The notes under the pieces were generated by a model. The model did no database searches and was not told the origin of the DNA. It saw only the letters and a list, made by a program, of their open reading frames with translations. Below are positions 56,503 through 64,000 of a DNA stretch of 64,000 bases, piece by piece. Every line of letters begins with the position of its first letter. Within the stretch, counting starts at the first letter, position 1. The DNA is taken from the IMG/VR virus record IMGVR_UViG_3300028392_000029, positions 1-64,000 of that record; one strand, written 5' to 3'. The translations under genes were made by a program, and so were the position numbers.

Positions 56503-56617
56503 AGATTAACCAGAATGTACATGCTTTTAGCCATTATGTATATTTAGCTATTTCAAAACTCTTGCTCGCAACCGCAAAATATGCTAAATTACTGTATATT
56601 TCACTATAGGACTATCT

Positions 56618-57628
56618 ATGACTCAAAGAGCAAAGGCCTTTTTTATCAACGGTGGAGCCGGCAGAACACTATGTTCAATTCCAGCCCTTGAAAAATACGC
56701 AGAAGAAAACGGCAATGATTTTATCATTGTTTGCGAAGGTGGCACCGATTTTTATAAAGGGCACCCGCTACTACATCCCAGAGCCTACGATCATTGGCAC
56801 AAAAACTTATTCGAAGAAAAACTCATTAATATGGAATTAGTAACCCCTGAACCTTATAGAGTTTGGGAATACTACAATCAAAAATGTAGTATTGCGCAGG
56901 CATTCGATATTGCTATTAACAACAAAGGAGTCCGTGAATTACCAAGACCCAATGTTAGATTGTCAAATGAAGAGCTATTTTTAGGTCATAGTCTAGTAAA
57001 AGAAGTCCGTGAAAAAACTAAAAAAGACAAAATCATTGTATTTCAACCATTTGGTCGTGGTACACACTCCGAAGGTGGCGTTATATTTGATACTTCTGGT
57101 AGAAGTTTTGAAGGCGAGCACGTTCTTAATATTGTTAAAAAGTTGCAAAAGAACTACGGGATTATAATGATGAGTGAAATTGGTATTGATTTCCAAAAAC
57201 ATGGTTGTAAAGATCCAGTAGCACACCCACAAAATGTTAGCCTACGCCAGTGGTGCTCAGTTATTGGTAACGCTGATTACTTCTTAGGTTGTGACAGCGT
57301 GGGACAACACTTGGCGTATACTCTTGATCGCCCAGCTACCGTTGTATTAGGATCGACTTTTGATATCAATGTAACTTATCCACAATACAACAAGTTTGAT
57401 GTACTTGATATGGGCGGTGATATGCGCAGATATAGTCCTATCAGAATTACCATGGACGAAGTTGCTGATCGCGGCAATGACGGTATCATGCGTATGAATG
57501 AAAAAGTAGAAGATGCCATTGTTAAGTCTGTTCAAAACGGCATTAAAACTTGGAGTCAAACGGCAATCAAAGGCCCGATCGAAGTTAAACAAATTGCCAG
57601 CAAAAAAGAAATGCCAAAAGAAGCATGA
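56618..57628 (+). CDS. GT-B glycosyltransferase (GT9/heptosyltransferase-like)
   Basis: GGAGR..C, FQPFG, FLGCDSVGQHLA motifs. Confidence 0.7.
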   Translation: MTQRAKAFFINGGAGRTLCSIPALEKYAEENGNDFIIVCEGGTDFYKGHPLLHPRAYDHWHKNLFEEKLINMELVTPEPYRVWEYYNQKCSIAQAFDIAINNKGVRELPRPNVRLSNEELFLGHSLVKEVREKTKKDKIIVFQPFGRGTHSEGGVIFDTSGRSFEGEHVLNIVKKLQKNYGIIMMSEIGIDFQKHGCKDPVAHPQNVSLRQWCSVIGNADYFLGCDSVGQHLAYTLDRPATVVLGSTFDINVTYPQYNKFDVLDMGGDMRRYSPIRITMDEVADRGNDGIMRMNEKVEDAIVKSVQNGIKTWSQTAIKGPIEVKQIASKKEMPKEA

Positions 57629-58521
57629 GTAGACTGTTTACGTTTGGGTGTAGTTACACACATTACGCCTGGCCCAGCTGGGCAGATTTCTTAGGCCTTG
57701 AGTTTACTCAGCATGAAAATTGGGGATATCTTGGTTTAGGAAATCGTGCCATTGCAGAACGAGTCGCTGAATGTAATGTTAAAAATAAATTTACATCTGA
57801 TGATGTAGTCATAGTTCAATGGTCCAGTCATCTACGCAACGACTATCATACTGAGCGCAGGCGAATAAATTATCAGCAGTCTGGACCATTTGTAGGACAA
57901 GGTGGCTGGAAAACTGGTGGCAGTATGTTCAACTACATCAACAACACTATCTATGATAATCAATGGATCAATCAATTCTTCGACGAAAAATCATATTTTT
58001 TACACACACTTAACAACATCTTGTTAACACAAGGACTGTTAAAATCTACTGGATGTAAATGGTACATGACTAGCATGGCAGATCTTGATGCGCTAGGTAC
58101 AGACATTGGCATCATGCATGGCGAAAACATCAACAAAGCCACAGCAGGTTATAGTGTGTGGGAAGATCCCAAGTATGAATCAGTATGGGATTATAAAGAT
58201 GCAATTTGGACCAACAATGCAGAAATGTGGCTACCTAGTATAGGACCCTATGTATGGAATAAGTTTCCAGAACTGCAATGGAGTTTTCAAGATGTAAACA
58301 GTCCTAGATTAGTGTTTCCAGAATTGCATCCTAGTCCAAAGCAACATGCGGCCTATGTTACAGAAGTTATTAGACCCGAGTTAAATCTAACTGATAATAC
58401 CGCTGAATTATATGCTCCTTGGTTTTCACTAACAGATAAAGCTAAAGAATTAGCACAAGATCTTAAAACTTGTGATAGTATGCTGTCGCAATACTGGAAC
58501 TTGCCGTACATGGGGATTTAA
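57625..58521 (+). CDS. SGNH/GDSL-like hypothetical protein
   Basis: FGCSYT block I, G.GN block II, C-terminal HPS...H. Confidence 0.6.
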   Translation: MSRLFTFGCSYTHYAWPSWADFLGLEFTQHENWGYLGLGNRAIAERVAECNVKNKFTSDDVVIVQWSSHLRNDYHTERRRINYQQSGPFVGQGGWKTGGSMFNYINNTIYDNQWINQFFDEKSYFLHTLNNILLTQGLLKSTGCKWYMTSMADLDALGTDIGIMHGENINKATAGYSVWEDPKYESVWDYKDAIWTNNAEMWLPSIGPYVWNKFPELQWSFQDVNSPRLVFPELHPSPKQHAAYVTEVIRPELNLTDNTAELYAPWFSLTDKAKELAQDLKTCDSMLSQYWNLPYMGI

Positions 58522-58524
58522 TAT

Positions 58525-59448
58525 ATGTCAAGACTTTTTACATTTGGATGTAGTTACACCAGTTACAGCTGGCCTACTTGGGCAGATCTCGCTGGTATGA
58601 ATTACAAACTGCATAAAAATTGGGGCATGAGTGGCCTAGGTAATCGTGCCATTGCAGAACGAGTCGCCGAAGCTCATGCCAAGTATAACTTTGGGCCGGG
58701 CGATACTGTTATAGTGCAATGGTCCAGCCACTTGCGCAATGATTGGTGGCACCAAAATCCCACAGTTAGCAAATACCCAGGCTGGCAAACTTGTGGTAGT
58801 ATTTTTAATTATATTAATGAAAAAATATACACACTAGAGTGGATTAAAACTTTCTTTTTCGAGCCTGCTTGGATCATGCATACTCTTAATCATATACTGC
58901 TGACCCAGGGATTATTGAAATCTACAGGTGCCGATTGGTATATGACCAGCATTGGTGATATTAGAAATATAGGTGCTGACATCCGTGACAATGACGGAAT
59001 TGGTGAAGACACTGGCTTTTTAACCCCTAGGGATAAAGAGATACTACATGTGCTATGGCGTAAAATTCCAGAAATGTGTGTATACGACAAACCCATATGG
59101 GGCGACAATCAGGAACACTGGTTAGAGCCTCTGGAGCTATTTGCACAAAAACATGCAGAACTTACGTTTCAGTTTGATGATACTAGAAAAAAAGGTAAAA
59201 CATTTTATGATACACATCCTAGTACACGACAACACGCCATGTGGCTTGACAATCAGTTGAAAGAGAAGTTACAATTGAGTGATGCAACTATGAAAACTTC
59301 TTGGGAAATTGCTGATAGTGTAGATGCATTACAAAAGAAGTTTAGGTTTAATAAGAATTTATTTGAGCTTAATCTAGCAAAGAGAATGGGATTTCCGGCT
59401 TCCGCCCAGCGCACACTTAGATGGCCGTTTCCCTCAGAAGGTTTTTAA
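58525..59448 (+). CDS. SGNH/GDSL-like hypothetical protein (paralogue of upstream gene)
   Basis: Same MSRLFTFGCSYT start; DTHPS. Confidence 0.6.
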   Translation: MSRLFTFGCSYTSYSWPTWADLAGMNYKLHKNWGMSGLGNRAIAERVAEAHAKYNFGPGDTVIVQWSSHLRNDWWHQNPTVSKYPGWQTCGSIFNYINEKIYTLEWIKTFFFEPAWIMHTLNHILLTQGLLKSTGADWYMTSIGDIRNIGADIRDNDGIGEDTGFLTPRDKEILHVLWRKIPEMCVYDKPIWGDNQEHWLEPLELFAQKHAELTFQFDDTRKKGKTFYDTHPSTRQHAMWLDNQLKEKLQLSDATMKTSWEIADSVDALQKKFRFNKNLFELNLAKRMGFPASAQRTLRWPFPSEGF

Positions 59449-59461
59449 ACAAGGATTAATT

Positions 59462-61252
59462 ATGAACAACAAAGATATTTGGATTGCCGCGATAGCCCGT
59501 GGTCACAACGGCAGTGTATGCTTGCTTAAAAATGGCGAAATTATTTTTAGCATTGAGGAAGAACGCCTAAGCCGTAAAAAGTATGACGGTGGGCCGTTGG
59601 CTGCCATGCTAAAGATTCTAGATTACACTGATAAAATTGATTATCTAGTGATTGCACACACTCAAAAGTTAAGTGAAACTGCTGGTCGTATTGACTTTAG
59701 TGGTGATGATATCTATACCGGACTTGCTAGGAAATTAGGACTTATCAGTCGCCATGAAAATCCCTACGATCATCCGCAGGTTGTCGACATGAGTCATATA
59801 CACCACAAATTGCATGCGGCTTGTGCATTTTATCGTTCAGGTTTTGACGAAGCCGCTGCCTTAATTGTTGACGGTGCTGGTACATTTATACCATTAATGA
59901 TCAACAATGAACAAGTTATTGGCTGGGAAACTGAATCAATTTATGACTGTTCTTATCCTGCAAAGTTCACAACAGTATACAAACACATTGGATTGCGTGG
60001 ACCATTGCAAGGTACATTCATTGAAAACTTTGACAGCACTCCGCAAGATGAGCCTGGATATACACACGAAGCATTGATTACAGATCGTGCTGGTATTACT
60101 AAAGTGTATGAAGCTGTTACTAGATATTGCGGTTGGGATTCTATCGAAGCAGGTAAAACCATGGGATTATTTCCATATGGGAAAGAAAACTCAAAGATTC
60201 CTAAGTTGTTCGACGACTCAAGTATCTTTCCTTTAGCCAATCGTAATCTCATTGTACCTACATATCCTAATGGTGCTCAAGTAAACTATGGTTTATTCCC
60301 GTACTTAGACAGTGTTGATAAAGATATTACACAATTAGAAAATCGTAGAGACTTGGCATATGCTTGCCAAACACAAACTCAAGAACAGGTAGTTCGATTG
60401 ATCCGCATGGCTGTTGAAAAAACTGGTCAAAAGAATGTTGTAATTAGTGGCGGCTATGGGTTGAACTGTGTTGCTAACTATCATTATTTAGAAGCATTAA
60501 AAGAAGAAGGCATTAACATCTATGTAGAACCTATCAGCAATGATGCCGGAACTGCTATTGGTGCTGGATTGTTGTATTACAAAGATATCATTGATCAGGA
60601 CAGCAATATTGATTATACTAAAAATAGATTGTATCTAGGTTTTAAATATGATTATACTACTGATGACCTGGCCAAGTACGCAGATACCGGTGTTGAAATT
60701 ACTGGTGCGACTAACGATGATATTGTTGAGTTGTTGTTGAATAAGAACATTGTTTGTTTTTATCAAGGACGCAGTGAAAACGGGCCACGTGCATTAGGTA
60801 ATCGTAGTATATTGTTTAATCCAACTTACGAAGATGGCAAAGACTTTGTTAACGAAGTTAAACATCGTGAATACTTCCGGCCGTTTGCAGGATCTATTCT
60901 ACAAGATCATGTGCATGATTGGTTTGATCTACGCGGAATGGCAGATAGTCCATACATGATGTATGCTGTAAATTGTCAAGATGGCGTTGCAGAAAAGATC
61001 CCAAGTATTATTCACGTTGACGGTACATGCCGTATACAAACTGTTACTCAAGAAGAAAACGGTCATTATTATGATTTGATCAAAGCGTTCTATGATCGGA
61101 CAGGGGTTCCTATCTTGTTTAATACTAGTTTTAACCTAGGTGGAGATCCACTAGTAGAAACACTAGATGATGCTGTTGATACACTAGTGCGCAGTGATAT
61201 TGAATACTTGTATTTGCCGGAATTAGGCAAGTTACTTAAAGTAGCAAACTAA
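59462..61252 (+). CDS. carbamoyltransferase, NodU/CmcH family, full length
   Basis: EEERLSRKK, HHKLHA, GGYGLNCVAN, GPRALGNRS, RPFA, HVDGTCR, NTSFN. Confidence 0.92.
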   Translation: MNNKDIWIAAIARGHNGSVCLLKNGEIIFSIEEERLSRKKYDGGPLAAMLKILDYTDKIDYLVIAHTQKLSETAGRIDFSGDDIYTGLARKLGLISRHENPYDHPQVVDMSHIHHKLHAACAFYRSGFDEAAALIVDGAGTFIPLMINNEQVIGWETESIYDCSYPAKFTTVYKHIGLRGPLQGTFIENFDSTPQDEPGYTHEALITDRAGITKVYEAVTRYCGWDSIEAGKTMGLFPYGKENSKIPKLFDDSSIFPLANRNLIVPTYPNGAQVNYGLFPYLDSVDKDITQLENRRDLAYACQTQTQEQVVRLIRMAVEKTGQKNVVISGGYGLNCVANYHYLEALKEEGINIYVEPISNDAGTAIGAGLLYYKDIIDQDSNIDYTKNRLYLGFKYDYTTDDLAKYADTGVEITGATNDDIVELLLNKNIVCFYQGRSENGPRALGNRSILFNPTYEDGKDFVNEVKHREYFRPFAGSILQDHVHDWFDLRGMADSPYMMYAVNCQDGVAEKIPSIIHVDGTCRIQTVTQEENGHYYDLIKAFYDRTGVPILFNTSFNLGGDPLVETLDDAVDTLVRSDIEYLYLPELGKLLKVAN

Positions 61253-61277
61253 AAAAAGCACCCTAGGGTGCTTTTTT
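61251..61277. terminator. bidirectional intrinsic terminator
   Basis: AAAAAAAGCACCC-TA-GGGTGCTTTTTT between convergent genes. Confidence 0.85.
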
Positions 61278-61286
61278 ATTGTCTTC

Positions 61287-62219
61287 TTACGTACCAAACG
61301 TGCCGTCTGGGCTTGGTATTGGTTGCCACTTAAACGCAGGTGTTGTAGGTTCACCGTGGAACTTAATTGTTTTATTTGTTTCTTCAACTTGACGTATAAT
61401 AGGTGTACTCAACGTAACTAACTTGGTAGCTGGGTCAACACTTACTACAGTAGTAATTGACGCAGGTTCGAATAATGTATTTTGTAGTTGCCAGTCACTA
61501 TTGCTTACCCACATGCCGGCTTTGATACCGGTAACATCATACATTTTAATAACATATTGATGCGGAGTATTAGCAGGGCCTGTCGCACTAACATCTGCAT
61601 TTTGTTCTACGTTAACAGCACCGTGTACTTGTGGCATGTCGCGTAGTTTCTGTCGGAATTCTACCCAAGGTGCAGTGTGGCTTTCTGGTGCATCATCAGG
61701 TACCAATGAATCAGTTGCTCCTAATGCGCCGTTACGCCATTTTCTAAGATCATGCCATGTAACATGCGGCTCTCTAAATCCAGGTAAAATCCAACCTTGA
61801 TTTTCCGAACTCCACTCTAGCTCTTCATGATCATGTGTGTGATCTGGTGGAGTATCTTTTACACGAGTATAGACACTACCGCATGGTAATGTTTCCGAAT
61901 GTTGTTCGAGATCATCATACGGTGTGCGATGAAGTATATCTGCACCGATAATTTGACAAATGATAGGATCAGTTTCGCAGTCAACCATTACTTTAGTTTT
62001 ATGCAATGGAGTTGGAACATCAGCACCATCTTCTGCTTCGGTAAGCCACGGGCCCACATATTTGTTTGTTTCGTTATCTATGAATACCCAAATTTTGTTT
62101 GGGCCCGTATACGTATGGGTTGCTGTTTTATTTAAAGTACGTTCTGTACTTAGATAATCGTCTGGCACATCATACGTGAATGTTTTTTCGATAATTGTAT
62201 TTTTGCTTAAATCTGCCAT
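61287..62219 (-). CDS. tail fibre assembly chaperone-like protein
   Basis: LRKWRNGAL..TD...W..FRQKLRDMPQ motif. Confidence 0.7.
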   Translation of the reverse strand: MADLSKNTIIEKTFTYDVPDDYLSTERTLNKTATHTYTGPNKIWVFIDNETNKYVGPWLTEAEDGADVPTPLHKTKVMVDCETDPIICQIIGADILHRTPYDDLEQHSETLPCGSVYTRVKDTPPDHTHDHEELEWSSENQGWILPGFREPHVTWHDLRKWRNGALGATDSLVPDDAPESHTAPWVEFRQKLRDMPQVHGAVNVEQNADVSATGPANTPHQYVIKMYDVTGIKAGMWVSNSDWQLQNTLFEPASITTVVSVDPATKLVTLSTPIIRQVEETNKTIKFHGEPTTPAFKWQPIPSPDGTFGT

Positions 62220-62223
62220 GTTT

Positions 62224-62982
62224 TTATCCGTATGTAATTGAAACTAAGCCGCCGCCACCCATGCCGCCGCACCAACAGTTTCCACCGTGTGCTTGAGCAC
62301 TTAGGCCTCCGCCGCCTGGGAATGGCGTACAACCAAACCAGCCGCCGCAACCATTACTTTGCTGGCTTCCGTTAATACAGCCGCCTGGTCCGTAAAACGG
62401 TCCAGACTGTGCTGCCGGAGCTGTGTGAGCATGTTGTTGTGGATACTGTGCGCACCATGTACTACCAGTATAACTACTGTTAATTCCGTGAATATTTACA
62501 TCTCCGCCATAAGCACAACAGCAGTATGGCGATTCTGTATTACAGGTGTAACAAGAATAGTATAACCAGCAAGTTGCATTGCCGTATGATCCGCCGTTAG
62601 CGCAGAAGTTACTTAGTCCATAACCTGTTACATAACTGGTATAGCCGCCGCAACCGATACAGTTAACTGATTGGTAAGTTGTTGATGCCGCGCATACAGT
62701 GTATGAGCATCCTGCTAGCGCAGAGCTGTATACTGTCTTAACTGAATAGCTTCCACCGCCGCCTGGCCATGACTGCATACAGCAACATGCTCCGGATCCA
62801 CCACCACCACCGCCCCACATTTCAAATGTAACAAAAGTTGACCCAGCTGGCACTACAAAGTTACAGCATTGTCCACCATTTGATCCCGAGTTAACGCTAG
62901 TGTTGTATACTAGAATTTCTGTAGGGTAATTTGTTCCGCCGGGATAATTCAGCGTGTACATTAATGATCTTAAATCTGACAT
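62224..62982 (-). CDS. Cys/Gly-rich tail-associated protein
   Basis: FEMWGGGGGG glycine-rich domain; about 22 Cys. Confidence 0.7.
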   Translation of the reverse strand: MSDLRSLMYTLNYPGGTNYPTEILVYNTSVNSGSNGGQCCNFVVPAGSTFVTFEMWGGGGGGSGACCCMQSWPGGGGSYSVKTVYSSALAGCSYTVCAASTTYQSVNCIGCGGYTSYVTGYGLSNFCANGGSYGNATCWLYYSCYTCNTESPYCCCAYGGDVNIHGINSSYTGSTWCAQYPQQHAHTAPAAQSGPFYGPGGCINGSQQSNGCGGWFGCTPFPGGGGLSAQAHGGNCWCGGMGGGGLVSITYG

Positions 62983-62995
62983 AGTTATTTGCGCC

Positions 62996-63751
62996 TTATT
63001 TGTAAGTTACTTGAACTAGGCCGCCGGATCCCCAACCACCCCAGCAACAACCGCCATAACTAATAGCTGTGCCGCCGCCTCCGCCGGGCCAAGCGTTAAA
63101 GTTACCGCTCATTGCGCAACCCATCCATGACTCGCCACATGTTGTAAATGATGTACGTGTACCAGCACCAATATAAGTAGGTGATCCCATCATGTGCCAA
63201 GTGTCGTATCCACACCATCCTTCGTGGGCGGCACCAGTAACTCCGCAAATTGCTAGGTCATATCCACATGCACATCCGCAAACGTTGGTAGCACAGTGAT
63301 AGTTACCGCCAATGGCGGCCCAGCAACAGCTCTGGCCGCCGTAGCCGCCGCTTGCGCATAGATTTAATGCATAGGTAACTGTACCAGCACCTTGTGCAAA
63401 ACTTGGGAATCCGTTAGTACCCTTGGCATCTTGAGCACAGCATCCCGAGCCGGCTGCACAAATCACATAACATTGCCCTGCAACAACTCGAATAGTTTTT
63501 CGAGCATAAGTTCCCGAGCCTCCGCCTTGACTTGGTTGTTGGCAACAACAGGCTCCGCCGCCGTCACCACCTGCGCCCCAGAGTTCAAATTTAGCCCAAA
63601 CTACGTTGGCTGGAACTACCCACAAACAACATCTACCGCCGTCTTGTACCGCGTTACCAGTGTTGCCGTTATAAACATATAACTGACCAAAGGTTTGCGG
63701 AATATTAAATGTATATCTGCTGTCTGGGAAAAACTGTGTTAAGGAACTCAT
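62996..63751 (-). CDS. Cys/Gly-rich tail-associated protein (paralogue)
   Basis: FELWGAGGDGG, ACCC, GLVQVTY. Confidence 0.7.
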   Translation of the reverse strand: MSSLTQFFPDSRYTFNIPQTFGQLYVYNGNTGNAVQDGGRCCLWVVPANVVWAKFELWGAGGDGGGACCCQQPSQGGGSGTYARKTIRVVAGQCYVICAAGSGCCAQDAKGTNGFPSFAQGAGTVTYALNLCASGGYGGQSCCWAAIGGNYHCATNVCGCACGYDLAICGVTGAAHEGWCGYDTWHMMGSPTYIGAGTRTSFTTCGESWMGCAMSGNFNAWPGGGGGTAISYGGCCWGGWGSGGLVQVTYK

Positions 63752-63769
63752 ATTATAATATTCTCCGGA

Positions 63770-64000
63770 TTATAGTTGAGGACCAAGGTCGCCCGGGTTA
63801 GTTGGCATTACCACATCGGTTGGATTTGCTGGAAATGGAACTTTCCATGGATCAATCCCTGCGAATGTCTTTGGAAGGTCGCGTAATTTTTGACGATACT
63901 CTGATAACTTTTGTTTGATAACTGGATCAGTAGCCTGATGGAATGACTGGTCAGTACCTTTGAGAATCGAATCACGAGCTTTAGTCAATGTTTCCCAGTC
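63770..64000 (-). CDS. tail fibre assembly chaperone-like protein, truncated by window edge
   Basis: RDSIL..TD...YRQKLRDLP motif. Confidence 0.65.
   Translation of the reverse strand, partial: DWETLTKARDSILKGTDQSFHQATDPVIKQKLSEYRQKLRDLPKTFAGIDPWKVPFPANPTDVVMPTNPGDLGPQL

Noticed and set aside
1-64000. Stop-codon reassignment
   Set aside because: Core genes translate full length in the standard code with high coding density; the single tRNA is not a suppressor.

Overview
A 64-kb segment of a large lytic T4-superfamily-like myovirus read in the standard genetic code. No integrase, CRISPR array, rRNA or IS is seen. (1) Positions 1-8756 form a more GC-rich, all-plus-strand early/host-takeover array of about 30 small ORFs, a tRNA(CAU) and an AAA+ ATPase. 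It is driven by at least 15 near-consensus sigma70 promoters (TTGAC-N17-TATAAT), whose CA-rich leaders mostly end in an unusual extended Shine-Dalgarno, GGAGCG(AA). (2) A G-run/A-tract junction lies at about 8760-8900. (3) Positions 9-26 kb hold 2OG-Fe(II) oxygenases and replication/recombination genes: gp41 helicase, primase, mini-DnaE, UvsW, UvsY, UvsX/RecA and gp32. (4) Positions 26.5-56.5 kb hold putative internal head proteins, terminase, gp4, tail tube and sheath, dNMP kinase, neck gp13/14/15, a 2225-aa virion protein, an S53 protease and fibre-like proteins. (5) A glycosyltransferase/SGNH/carbamoyltransferase operon is followed by Cys/Gly-rich tail proteins. The top finding is a structured non-coding RNA at about 8206-8366. 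It carries two identical 18-nt units whose loops (UUCGCUCC) are the exact reverse complement of the GGAGCGAA ribosome-binding site of the early genes. Middle and late genes instead use GGAGA[AT] or appear leaderless, so this is a candidate phage-encoded, class-specific translational off-switch. All product calls come from motif recognition, not database searches.
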